From Bacteroidota bacterium (lineage in GTDB: Bacteria > Bacteroidota > Bacteroidia > Chitinophagales > Chitinophagaceae): a DNA stretch of 64,000 bases. Position 1 is the first letter of the stretch. The number at the start of each line of letters is the position of its first letter. The stretch covers positions 16,795 to 80,794 of the forward strand of contig JANOVY010000078.1 in the NCBI GenBank assembly GCA_031417635.1. The letters are read 5' to 3'. Under the pieces are notes generated by a model. That model saw only the letters and a program-made list of their open reading frames with translations. It had not been told where the DNA came from and searched no databases. Below, piece by piece: positions 41,405 through 51,687 of this stretch. A program made the position numbers and the translations under genes.

Positions 41405-41500
41405 CCTTGCGTTCTTTGCGACTCTTTGTGAGCCTTGCGATCCCTCTTTTAAGTTCTTTCTGTATCGCAAGGTTCGCAAAGGATCGCTAGGAACGCAAAG
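41405..41500. repeat. 9-bp-periodic palindromic element (CTTTGCG ... CGCAAAG)
   Basis: Four units in each arm, read directly. Confidence 0.85.
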
Positions 41501-41503
41501 AAA

Positions 41504-42412
41504 TTATTTAGTAGTCAAAGAACGGAACACTTCTTCTAAACTGTTGCCTTCTGTTTGTAGGGAAACAATATTTAAATTATTTTCTACAGCCAAGGTTAAG
41601 AGTTGTTTACGAACCGATTCGGGGTTGCCGGTTTGTAGTTTGTAATTTGTGGTTTGTGGTTGAAAGAGTTGGTCTACTTCAGTGAGTTTTTTTATCAAAT
41701 TTCTGTCAACATTCTCTTTAAATATAACACTAACAATCTGTTTGTTATTTTTTTTATTTTGCAAATTAGCCAACGAATCATCGGCAACAATTTGTCCTTT
41801 GTTAATAATGATTACCCGATCGCAGATGGCTTCAACTTCTTGCAAAATATGGGAAGAGAAAAGAACTGTTTTATTTTTTCCCTGCTCTCTAATTACATTG
41901 CGGATTTCGATGATTTGGTTTGGATCGAGGCCGCTGGTAGGTTCATCCAGAATTAAAACTTCCGGATCGTGTATTAATGAAGCAGCCAGCCCCACTCTTT
42001 GTTTATACCCTTTTGATAATTGGGCGATCTTCTTTTTCGATTCAATCGTTAAGCCTGTTAATGCAATTACTTTTTCGATAGCATGTTTTCGGTTGTGTAT
42101 TTTATGAACGCCCGCAACAAAATCGAGGTATTCGCGCACATACATGTCAGGGTAGAGGGGATTGGCTTCGGGTAAGTAGCCGATCTTTTTTTTCACATCT
42201 ATTGGACTTTTGCTGACATCTAACCCACATACAAAAGCTTCACCGCTATCTGCTTGAAGGTAGCCGGAAATGATTTTCATAGTTGTGCTTTTTCCTGCAC
42301 CATTGGGGCCCAGGAAACCAACAATTTCTCCATTGCCTATTTTGAAAGAGACATCATTAACTGCTTTTTGTTCGCCGTATTGTTTTAGTAGATTAGAGAC
42401 CAGAATGGACAT
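41504..42412 (-). CDS. gldA: Gliding motility ABC transporter ATP-binding subunit GldA
   Basis: GPNGAGKST, IGYLPEANPLY, LSKGYKQRVGLA, LDEPT, LEEVFRSLT. Confidence 0.8.
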   Translation of the reverse strand: MSILVSNLLKQYGEQKAVNDVSFKIGNGEIVGFLGPNGAGKSTTMKIISGYLQADSGEAFVCGLDVSKSPIDVKKKIGYLPEANPLYPDMYVREYLDFVAGVHKIHNRKHAIEKVIALTGLTIESKKKIAQLSKGYKQRVGLAASLIHDPEVLILDEPTSGLDPNQIIEIRNVIREQGKNKTVLFSSHILQEVEAICDRVIIINKGQIVADDSLANLQNKKNNKQIVSVIFKENVDRNLIKKLTEVDQLFQPQTTNYKLQTGNPESVRKQLLTLAVENNLNIVSLQTEGNSLEEVFRSLTTK

Positions 42413-42614
42413 CTTGATTCTTTTGGTAAAATTATAGGAATGAATGTGAAGATTGTGCTTCATTTTTGAATCGAGGCACTCTTCAATTAGTCTAAGGCAA
42501 TCTCTTTTTAGTACATATTTATAGAAGAATTATGAATAAATGTTTTGGGGTAAAATATTAAAAATGCCAGGAAATTTAGTATCTTGCTATCTTTACTAAC
42601 TGATTTTCGTGACA

Positions 42615-43844
42615 ATGGCAAAGTATACAGAAATAAAAAGCAAACTACAAATTGAAGTTAACAAATTGACTGGCAATGAATTAGCAAATTTGACACATTA
42701 CTTTCAAAACCATAAAAATGGAGTATCAAAATACTTCAAACCAAAAGCGACAAGCTATTTGACTAAATTACACGAAGAATTAAACATACTACAAGAACCC
42801 GATTTCCAATATTACTTACCCATCAAATGGGATATACCTTTCCCTCCAAAGACAAATCCAAAATTCAAATTTATTGATTTATTTGCAGGGATAGGTGGAA
42901 TTAGACTCGCATTTCAAAACCTTGGTGGACAATGTGTATTTACTTCCGAATGGGATACATACTCGAAGAAGACATATGAAGTGAATTTTGGAGAAGTTCC
43001 TTTTGGAGATATTACAAAAATAAAAGAAACTGAAATTCCCGACCATGACATTTTACTTGGCGGCTTTCCTTGTCAACCCTTTTCAATCGCTGGTGTTTCA
43101 AAGAAAAATGCCCTAGGCAGAGCCCACGGATTTTTAGATGAGACACAAGGAACATTATTTTTTGATGTTGCAAGAATTATAAAACATAAAAAACCAAAAG
43201 CTTTTATGTTAGAGAATGTGAAAAATCTTGTATCACATGACAAAGGGAAAACTTTCAAAGTAATTACTGAGACTCTAAAAGAATTAGGTTACTCAATACA
43301 TTCTAAAGTTTTAGACGGAAAACATTTTGTACCTCAACATCGAGAAAGAATAATAATTGTTGGTTTTAAGAACTCTATTTTTAAAGGAAAAGAGAATTTT
43401 CAGTTTCCTAAAATGAGCGGAGATAAATTTGCTATCAAAGATATATTAGAAAAAGAAGTAGATAAAAAATATACACTTTCCGAACATCTTTGGAATTATT
43501 TACAAGAGTATGCAAAGAAGCATAAGGCTAAAGGAAATGGCTTTGGTTTTGGTTTGACTGATTTAAATGGTATTTCAAGAACAATGAGTGCAAGATATTA
43601 TAAAGATGGTGCAGAAATATTAATCCCACAGGCAGGAAAAAGTCCGAGAAGATTAACACCAAGAGAATGTGCTAGACTTCAAGGCTTTCCTGATAGTTTT
43701 TTAATTCCTGTTTCAGACAACCAAGCATACAAGCAGTTTGGCAATTCAGTTGTAACGCCTTTAATACAAGCAGTTGGTAAAAATATCATCAAAGAATTAT
43801 TAGCAACCAATGAACCTAAAAAAACTCAAGTCGCTTTTTGCTGA
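42615..43844 (+). CDS. dcm: DNA (cytosine-5)-methyltransferase, Dcm/EcoRII-like
   Basis: [58 protein letters not shown]. Confidence 0.9.
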   Translation: MAKYTEIKSKLQIEVNKLTGNELANLTHYFQNHKNGVSKYFKPKATSYLTKLHEELNILQEPDFQYYLPIKWDIPFPPKTNPKFKFIDLFAGIGGIRLAFQNLGGQCVFTSEWDTYSKKTYEVNFGEVPFGDITKIKETEIPDHDILLGGFPCQPFSIAGVSKKNALGRAHGFLDETQGTLFFDVARIIKHKKPKAFMLENVKNLVSHDKGKTFKVITETLKELGYSIHSKVLDGKHFVPQHRERIIIVGFKNSIFKGKENFQFPKMSGDKFAIKDILEKEVDKKYTLSEHLWNYLQEYAKKHKAKGNGFGFGLTDLNGISRTMSARYYKDGAEILIPQAGKSPRRLTPRECARLQGFPDSFLIPVSDNQAYKQFGNSVVTPLIQAVGKNIIKELLATNEPKKTQVAFC

Positions 43845-45113
43845 TCATGGGTGCAATCAAATTTACATAAAGAGACTTTCACCAAATGACAATTCAAAAA
43901 ATCAAGTTTACTTTGGCGGTAGCTTTGAGATATTAAATATTTTGCCAATTTCAGAAATTAAAACTGAAGAAGCTGGAGACTGGAATAAAGAACGATTTAA
44001 AGCATCAATAAATTTTAGTTGGATTAGCGATGATGGCAATATTTATCCTGCACCAAACTCACAACTCATTCTTTATCCAAAGTACCCCGAAGTAAGGTTT
44101 TCAGGTTTTCTTACAAAATGCGAAAATCCGCCATCAGACTTAATGACACAAAGACTAGCAGACAGGTTTTTATTTTTTGCTGTCGCGAAAAATGGAGTTG
44201 TGTTAGGCTATGTAGCTTCTCCAAATTCAGAAGTCGCTACTGTGTTTGAAAAGACAAAATCAATATCCGAACACGGAGTCTTTAAAGTAATTGATTTGCC
44301 AAAAGCCATAAACAACAAACAAAAACTGCTTGACGAATTATATAGAATTCATTTACTCAACTGGATAAATTCTAAAAGCCTAACAAAAAATGGGTTGGTT
44401 GCATGTGATTCATCTCAATGCGGTGGTTATACTTTAGAAGCAGAATTGGGTATTATTAGAAATGGAATTTCTGAACCTGATTTTTTAGGTTGGGAAGTGA
44501 AAAATTTTGGAGTAACAAACTTCAATAAACTCAATGCAAAAATTATTACTCTATTTACACCTGAGCCAACTGGTGGACAATATAAAGAGCAAGGTGTAGA
44601 ATCATTCTTGAATCGATATGGCTATCCTGATAAAAAGGGTAAAATTGATAGAATAAATTTTGGAGGTGTTCATAAAATAGGCAAAAGACATCCATTAACT
44701 AACCTTGAAATGCAATTAATTGGCTTTGACACAGAAAGTGGAAAAATTAGAAATACAAATGGCAGAATCGCTTTGGTTGACACAGAACAGCACGAAGCAG
44801 CATCTTGGAGTTTTTCTTCATTACTTTTGCATTGGAATAGAAAACACAATCAAGCCTGTTATGTTCCTTCACTTTCAGACATAACTCAAGACAGGAGATA
44901 TAAATACGGCAACAATATAATTTTAGGAACAGGCACAGATTTTCAACTCTTCCTAAAGCAAATGGCAATTGGAAACATATACTATGACCCAGGTATCAAA
45001 ATGGAAAATGCTTCGAAAGCACCTAAAATAAAAAACGTAGTCAGTTTCGAATAAAGTCAGGAAATTTACCATACCTATATAAGGCAAATGAAGTCATTGA
45101 CATTACAAAGTAG
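43810..45113 (+). pseudogene. MvaI/BcnI-family restriction endonuclease; ORF stops at 45054, and the conserved-looking C-terminus continues in the -1 frame to 45113
   Basis: GYTLEAELG, PDFLGWEVK, ITLFTPEP, HNQACYVP, YYDPGIK; frameshift inferred at A6 (45030-45035). Confidence 0.65.
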
Positions 45114-45176
45114 TAATACTATCAAAAATATAGCTAGCAAATTTCAAATGCAGGTATGTCTTCTTAAAAATATTTT

Positions 45177-45674
45177 ATGAACCTTCTTGAACTTATTAAT
45201 ACTAATAAGTGGCTAAGCGTTCAATTTACGCTACTAAGTTTGTACCCTGACCAAGAGGATAATTTAATCAGTTATAAAAGTATCTACTCTCAATTGCAGC
45301 AAAGCAATGCATTAAATAAAAATATACAAATTGTACTGACTCAATATTTTGACGAGGAAACAAACGAAAAGAGTTATGTTGACGTTTCAGGGTTTAAAGA
45401 AAGTCAAAATCAAGTCGCATTATCGGAAAGTTACGCCATTGAATTTTTTCCTTGGAAAGAATGGCTTGGTATGAAAATAAAAAAAGAAACTTTGGTTGAA
45501 TTCAACGAATTAGAAATCATAAGTCACTGCTTATATGAAATGACTTTTGTTGGTTATAATGAAGAAGAAATACAAAAACAATTTTCCTCAATTAATGATT
45601 CTATGGTAGAATACAAAAATATGACTAATGAGAAAAAGATATTGAATACAAAATCATTAGACAATCTTTTTTAA
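45177..45674 (+). CDS. Hypothetical acidic protein in the RM islet (recalled as DUF6557-like)
   Basis: 165-aa ORF; PWKEWLGM and IISHCLYEMTFVG motifs. Confidence 0.65.
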   Translation: MNLLELINTNKWLSVQFTLLSLYPDQEDNLISYKSIYSQLQQSNALNKNIQIVLTQYFDEETNEKSYVDVSGFKESQNQVALSESYAIEFFPWKEWLGMKIKKETLVEFNELEIISHCLYEMTFVGYNEEEIQKQFSSINDSMVEYKNMTNEKKILNTKSLDNLF

Positions 45675-45866
45675 GAAGGGAACGATGTATAAAACGGCGG
45701 CCAATAATATATTGCCCCAATTGGGTCATGACTTGTAACTGCCAAGTCCTGTATCTTTTTCTCATTACGACAAGACCTCACGTGATTGTAAAAATAGGTT
45801 TAAAAGCCCTGCTGATAAGGTATTTACCGAAATAAATAATCCCAAATACAATACGCAAAGATTTCT

Positions 45867-46112
45867 TCAATCAATCAACTCCTCCGACCTTTCCGGCAAG
45901 TGATCGTATTCTCCTTTTAGTGCATAATAACCAAAAATAACCATCCCAAAAGCTATCGGAATAAATACCACGACAAATACACCCCACTGTATTTTGGTAT
46001 CCAACAAAGGCTTTCTGGCAATTTCTGCTAAAGCGGTTTGTATTAAATAATAAATGGCTACCGGGCCTAGCAACATCCAAAGTACGCCGAAATATCTTTT
46101 AATATTATTCAT
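45867..46112 (-). CDS. Small two-TM membrane protein (DUF6814-like) downstream of the MFS gene
   Basis: Two hydrophobic segments, GYYALKGEYD tail; start moved to MNNIKR. Confidence 0.7.
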   Translation of the reverse strand: MNNIKRYFGVLWMLLGPVAIYYLIQTALAEIARKPLLDTKIQWGVFVVVFIPIAFGMVIFGYYALKGEYDHLPERSEELID

Positions 46113-46126
46113 AATTGCTTTTATTA

Positions 46127-46256
46127 CGTCAATTCGATGAGGAAGGAGGAGTAACCTCATAATCATTAAGCAGATTTCTCCATTCCTTTCTTTTAAGTGA
46201 CATCTATTAATCGATTTACAGATTTCTCCCTTCGCTACGCTGTGGTCGAAATGACG
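46127..46256. repeat. REP-like element (CGTCA[A/T]TTCGA ... AGATTTCTCC x2 ... TCGAAATGACG)
   Basis: 11-bp inverted termini with 1 mismatch; internal AGATTTCTCC at 46172 and 46220. Confidence 0.65.
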
Positions 46257-46262
46257 GGTTAA

Positions 46263-47813
46263 TTAATCATTCACATCCGGATCTATTTTATTTGAAATAT
46301 AAATGGTTCCTATTATTAAACAAACGGCTGCTACAATAATGGGGTACTTTAACCCTACCAATGCATCATTTGTATAAATGGTTGTGAGCAATGTAGCTAT
46401 AAATGGTGTTAATCCTCCAAATACCCCATTTCCCACATGATAGGGTAACGACATAGACGTGTACCGTATTTTGGTGGGAAACATTTCCACTAAAAAGGCA
46501 GCAATCGGTCCATATACCATGGTTACATAAAAGATCATGATAAATACCAAGAATACCATTTTCCAATAATCGGTATTGCCCACTTTTTTTGCTATTGTTA
46601 CCAAAGGCTTGATGGTTTTGTTTGTTGCAGCTGCATAGAGTGTATCATTCTTAGTTTCCAACATTGTCATACCATCTTCATAAAACGTTTTGTTCATTAC
46701 GGTTCTCACTGAATCGTTAGAATTGGGAATGGCCACTACATGGGTTTTCGTTTCTTTCTTTGCAACCCATTCTGTTTTTGTTTTAACATTGGTAAAATCT
46801 AACAATTTTTGAAAAAGAAACTGATAAGTAACAATGGCTAATAACATTCCCGATAACATAATCCATTTACGGCCAATTTTATCGCTCCAACTGCCAAATA
46901 CCACAAAGAAAGGGGTGGCCAATAAAATAGCCCAAATAATAATGGTTCTACTCTGATCAAAATCTACTTTACAAACGTTTTCAATAAATGATTGTGCATA
47001 AAATTGTCCTGTGTACCATACTACACCTTGCCCCATGGTTGCCCCAAATAAAGCCAGCAATACCATTTTTAAATTCGACTTGTGTCCGAAACTTTCTTTT
47101 AATGGATTTACTGATCGGGTGCCCGCTGCTTTTAACTCTTCGAACAGCGGTGACTCCTTCATTTTTAATCGGATATAGATAGATACTACCACCAATAAAA
47201 TACTAACTAAAAAAGGAATACGCCATCCCCAATCATTAAATTTGGCAATGGATTTTGCAGGGTCAATATCTAAACTATGCCGGGTTAGCAAAATAACCCC
47301 TAATGATACAAATAAGCCCAATGTGGCTGTGGTTTGAATCCACGATGTAAAATAACCTCGCCTATTGGCCGGAGAATGTTCTGCCACATATGTTGCTGCT
47401 CCACCGTATTCGCCTCCCAAAGCTAGACCTTGTAATAAGCGAAGAACTAACACCAAAATAGGTGCAAAAAAACCAATCGCTTCATAGCTAGGTACTAAGC
47501 CAATTGCAAAGGTTGAGCCCCCCATAATCACAAGGGTTAATAGGAAAGTATGTTTACGACCTATTAAATCGCCCAATCTTCCAAAAACCAAAGCTCCAAA
47601 AGGCCTTACAATAAAACCGGCAGCAAAAGTGGCTAAGGTTGATAGCAAAGCAGCAGTAGGATTGGTTTTTGGAAAAAACTGACTGGCTAAAACAGTAGCC
47701 AGACTACCAAATATGTAGAAATCGTACCATTCAATCAATGTTCCCAGTGAAGAAGCCCCAATTACTTTCCAAATCCCTTTGGTTTCGTTTGTATTGTTCA
47801 TAATCTCTTCCAA
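46263..47813 (-). CDS. MFS transporter, MHS family
   Basis: GTLIEWYDF, FGRLGDLIGRK, RLLQGLALGGEYGG, WGWRIPF. Confidence 0.92.
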   Translation of the reverse strand: MEEIMNNTNETKGIWKVIGASSLGTLIEWYDFYIFGSLATVLASQFFPKTNPTAALLSTLATFAAGFIVRPFGALVFGRLGDLIGRKHTFLLTLVIMGGSTFAIGLVPSYEAIGFFAPILVLVLRLLQGLALGGEYGGAATYVAEHSPANRRGYFTSWIQTTATLGLFVSLGVILLTRHSLDIDPAKSIAKFNDWGWRIPFLVSILLVVVSIYIRLKMKESPLFEELKAAGTRSVNPLKESFGHKSNLKMVLLALFGATMGQGVVWYTGQFYAQSFIENVCKVDFDQSRTIIIWAILLATPFFVVFGSWSDKIGRKWIMLSGMLLAIVTYQFLFQKLLDFTNVKTKTEWVAKKETKTHVVAIPNSNDSVRTVMNKTFYEDGMTMLETKNDTLYAAATNKTIKPLVTIAKKVGNTDYWKMVFLVFIMIFYVTMVYGPIAAFLVEMFPTKIRYTSMSLPYHVGNGVFGGLTPFIATLLTTIYTNDALVGLKYPIIVAAVCLIIGTIYISNKIDPDVND

Positions 47814-47861
47814 CTTACATTAAACAGTTCAAATAGCCAAGCAAGGGGGGAAGGTTTTTTT

Positions 47862-47937
47862 TAAACACATAGGCAGATAGGGGCATAGAACTGTAAGCTT
47901 ATATACGCTTTGTCTTCCCTATCAACCTATGTGTTTA
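47862..47937. repeat. 9-bp-periodic palindromic element (TAAACACATAGG ... CCTATGTGTTTA), copy 2
   Basis: Perfect 12-bp inverted termini. Confidence 0.8.
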
Positions 47938-48018
47938 CAAATACTCTTTCACCCAATATTTTTCAGCTATTAAAAAAAGGGTTGCCGTATATTTATCGTA
48001 GCTAAATATTTTGCTCCT

Positions 48019-49956
48019 ATGTCTTATCCCTATCAAATAAAATCTTACGACGACTACAAAATACAATACCAAAAAAGTATAGATAATCCTTCTGCCTTCT
48101 GGGCTGCTGTTGCCGAAAATTTTACCTGGCGTAAACAATGGGATACCGTACTAGAATGGAATTTTACAGAACCCAAAATAGAATGGTTTAAAGGAGGCAA
48201 ATTAAATATCACTGAAAACTGTTTAGACCGGCACATCGAAACCAAAGGCAATCAACCGGCGCTTATATGGGAGCCAAATGCGCCAGATGAGCAACACCGA
48301 ATTCTTACCTATAAAAAATTATTGGAAAAAGTTTGTCAGTTTTCACATGTATTAAAAAACAACGGTGTAAAAAAAGGCGATCGAGTTTGTTTATACATGG
48401 GTATGATTCCCGAACTGGCCATTGCAGTGTTAGCTTGTGCAAGAATAGGCGCCATACACAGTGTGGTCTTTGGCGGATTTTCTGCACAAAGTATTGCCGA
48501 CAGATTATACGACGCCCAAGCGGAATACATAGTTACATGTGATGGTGCATTTAGAGGTGCCAAAGATATTCCCCTAAAAAGTGTGATTGATGACGCACTG
48601 ATTGGTAATAGAACGGTTAAACGTGTAATTGTTTGTACCAGAACCCGTACACCGGTATCTATGATAAAAGGAAGAGATGTTTGGTGGGAAGAAGAAATGA
48701 AACATGTTGAAGAAAATGGTCTCAATTTTATTGAGGCCGAAGAAATGGATGCCGAAGATCCCTTGTTTATTTTATACACTTCCGGCTCTACCGGAAAACC
48801 GAAAGGAGTTGTTCATACCTGCGGGGGATATATGATTTGGGCTAACTACACTTTTGTTAATGTGTTTCAATACAAAACTGAACAAGTTCACTTTTGTACC
48901 GCCGATATTGGCTGGATTACCGGACATACATACATTTTATATGGACCACTTAGTGCAGGTGCCATTTCTCTGTTGTTTGAAGGTGTGCCAACCTTCCCTG
49001 ATGCCGGAAGATTTTGGGATATCATTGACAAATTCAAAGTAAATATTTTTTATACCGCCCCTACAGCCATTAGAAGTTTAATGGGCTTTGGTACCGGACC
49101 CATACATGGAAAAAATCTTTCTTCATTGGCAATTTTAGGAACTGTAGGAGAACCCATAAATGAGGAAGCCTGGCATTGGTATGATGAACATGTGGGTAAG
49201 AAAAAATGTCCAATTGTAGATACATGGTGGCAAACGGAAACCGGCGGTAGTTTAATAAGTAACCTGGCAGGTATTACACCGGCAGTTCCCAGTTGGGCCA
49301 CCTTACCATTGCCCGGTATGCAAATGGTATTGGTGGATGAAAACGGCAAAGAAATCATTTCTATAGGAGATGAAACAGTTTCCGGCAATCTTTGTATAAA
49401 AGCCCCATGGCCCGGCATTCTTCGAACTACTTATGGTGATCATGAACGATGTAGAACGAATTATTTTGCTACTTATCCCAATATGTATTTTACCGGTGAT
49501 GGGGCAATGCGCGATAAAAATGGATTTTATCGAATCACCGGCAGAGTAGATGATGTATTAAATGTAAGTGGTCACCGGATTGGTACTGCGGAAGTAGAGA
49601 ATGCCATTAATATGCATGCCGGTATTGTTGAAAGTGCGGTTGTAGGTTATCCACATGACATAAAAGGCCAAGGCATTTATGCATATGTTATCTATCAGGG
49701 ATCGCATGCACAAGATACACATGGTACGGCAGAGATGATACGAAAAGATATTTTACAAACCGTATCGCGCATTATTGGCGCCATTGCCAAACCCGATAAA
49801 ATTCAGTTTGTCAGTGGTCTTCCCAAAACAAGAAGCGGTAAAATAATGCGTAGAATATTACGCAAGATTGCAGAAGGCGAAACCCAAAATCTTGGTGACA
49901 CTTCTACTTTATTAGACCCGGCCATAGTTGAAGAAATTAAAAATGGCAAACTCTAA
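48019..49956 (+). CDS. acs: Acetyl-CoA synthetase
   Basis: YTSGSTGKPKG, DTWWQTETG, GRVDDV, PKTRSGKIMRR. Confidence 0.95.
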   Translation: MSYPYQIKSYDDYKIQYQKSIDNPSAFWAAVAENFTWRKQWDTVLEWNFTEPKIEWFKGGKLNITENCLDRHIETKGNQPALIWEPNAPDEQHRILTYKKLLEKVCQFSHVLKNNGVKKGDRVCLYMGMIPELAIAVLACARIGAIHSVVFGGFSAQSIADRLYDAQAEYIVTCDGAFRGAKDIPLKSVIDDALIGNRTVKRVIVCTRTRTPVSMIKGRDVWWEEEMKHVEENGLNFIEAEEMDAEDPLFILYTSGSTGKPKGVVHTCGGYMIWANYTFVNVFQYKTEQVHFCTADIGWITGHTYILYGPLSAGAISLLFEGVPTFPDAGRFWDIIDKFKVNIFYTAPTAIRSLMGFGTGPIHGKNLSSLAILGTVGEPINEEAWHWYDEHVGKKKCPIVDTWWQTETGGSLISNLAGITPAVPSWATLPLPGMQMVLVDENGKEIISIGDETVSGNLCIKAPWPGILRTTYGDHERCRTNYFATYPNMYFTGDGAMRDKNGFYRITGRVDDVLNVSGHRIGTAEVENAINMHAGIVESAVVGYPHDIKGQGIYAYVIYQGSHAQDTHGTAEMIRKDILQTVSRIIGAIAKPDKIQFVSGLPKTRSGKIMRRILRKIAEGETQNLGDTSTLLDPAIVEEIKNGKL

Positions 49957-49971
49957 ACTTGCTTTATTATT

Positions 49972-51603
49972 ATGCATAAACATCTGTTATTTTTTTTTCT
50001 TTTTTGTATTGCTTGTATTAGTATATCATCGCAATCATTGAATCCGATTGTTCCGGCGCCGATATCATTTGAAAATACAAAGGCATTGCCCGTTCCATTA
50101 AATGCCACTAGCACTTTATATTATCCAAAAAAATATGAGGCGCAAGCAAAATATTTGAATGAGCAAGTGAAAAAACAAATCGGCTTCTCATTTTTATTAA
50201 TTGAAACTAAGCAAGCAATCGAAATACCCAAAACCGGGGTAATCTTTATCATAGATTCTATTTCCAATACTCGCCCTGAAATGTACCATTTGAAAGCCTT
50301 CGAAGGTAAAATATATATTTCGGCAAATGATGTAAGGGGTTTTGTAAATGCAACACAAACATTTTTACAATTACTACCCAATAAAAAATCGAATTCTGTA
50401 GCAGTAATGGCAGTAGCCATCATTGACTATCCAAAATTTAGTTATAGAGGAATGCATTTAGATGTAGTTCGGCATTTTTTCCCTTTGAACTATATCAAAA
50501 AGTACATTGATTATCTAGCCTTTCATAAGTTCAATACCTTTCATTGGCACTTAACAGACGATCAAGGTTGGCGCTTTGAAGTAAAAAGTTATCCTAAATT
50601 AAATTCAGTAGGTTCTTGGCGCGACTCAACCTTAATAGGACATTTCAAAGATAGCCCGGCCAAATATGATGGAAAAAGGTATGGCGGATATTATACAAGA
50701 GCTGAGATTAAAGAAGTGATTGCTTATGCCACAATTCGGGGCATTGTCATTATTCCGGAATTGGACATTCCGGGTCACAGTCGGGCAACGATTGCTGCCT
50801 ATCCGGCATTCAGCACAAAACCCGATACAGCATGGAACGTGGCCACCACCTGGGGAATGTATAATCGGCAGAACAATGTATTGGCACCAAATGAAGCTTC
50901 TTTTACCTTTTTAAAAACTATTTTCAAAGAATTATCAGAATTATTTCCTTCAATTTATATTCACAATGGGGGCGATGAATGTAGTATGCTATGGTGGAAA
51001 CAAGACCCGAAAACCCAGGCTTTTATTGCGAATAAAAAGTTGGGGTCAGAAAAAGCATTGGAAACTTATTTTATTGAATATGTGGCGAATTATTTGAAAA
51101 CACTTAATAAAAAATCGGTAGGCTGGCATGAAATAGCAGAAGGCGATTTAGATACTTCTACATTAATCATGAATTGGAGTGATGACAAACAGGCATTGGC
51201 CGTTGCCAAAAAAGGATTTAATATTATACAAACCCCGGGTAAGCCTTTTTATTTTGATCATTACCAATCCAAAGATCCAAAAGATAGTTTAGCCATTCAT
51301 GGATATAATCCTTTAGCAGCCGTTTATACCTATCAAATTATTCCGGATGCAGTGAAATCGGCAGGACTAGCAAATAAAATTATTGGCGCGCAAGCAAATG
51401 TATGGACAGAATACATGGGCTATCCCACAAAAGTAGACTATATGGTTTTCCCAAGAATGACGGCATTGAGTGAAAATTTATGGAGCGAGAAAAAAGACTA
51501 CCCTGATTTTTTAAGAAGATTGGAACAATTTATTTTACCCAAATATGTAGCTTGGAATAGTTCTTATTTTGCAGATTTTCAACAGTGGAAAAAAGAAAAA
51601 TAA
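49972..51603 (+). CDS. Beta-N-acetylhexosaminidase (GH20)
   Basis: YRGMHLDVVRHF, HWHLTDDQGWR, GGDE, GAQANVWTEY, FPR. Confidence 0.9.
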   Translation: MHKHLLFFFLFCIACISISSQSLNPIVPAPISFENTKALPVPLNATSTLYYPKKYEAQAKYLNEQVKKQIGFSFLLIETKQAIEIPKTGVIFIIDSISNTRPEMYHLKAFEGKIYISANDVRGFVNATQTFLQLLPNKKSNSVAVMAVAIIDYPKFSYRGMHLDVVRHFFPLNYIKKYIDYLAFHKFNTFHWHLTDDQGWRFEVKSYPKLNSVGSWRDSTLIGHFKDSPAKYDGKRYGGYYTRAEIKEVIAYATIRGIVIIPELDIPGHSRATIAAYPAFSTKPDTAWNVATTWGMYNRQNNVLAPNEASFTFLKTIFKELSELFPSIYIHNGGDECSMLWWKQDPKTQAFIANKKLGSEKALETYFIEYVANYLKTLNKKSVGWHEIAEGDLDTSTLIMNWSDDKQALAVAKKGFNIIQTPGKPFYFDHYQSKDPKDSLAIHGYNPLAAVYTYQIIPDAVKSAGLANKIIGAQANVWTEYMGYPTKVDYMVFPRMTALSENLWSEKKDYPDFLRRLEQFILPKYVAWNSSYFADFQQWKKEK

Positions 51604-51687
51604 TTAAACCGGATGAAATCTGCTGAAAGATTTTATACAATGTGATTAGTAGTTTTGTTAACTTGTTATCTTTATTAATGTATACAT

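Noticed and set aside
45680-45866. Integron attC-like site or IS end after the RM islet
   Set aside because: No complete inverted-repeat structure, integrase or target duplication could be read
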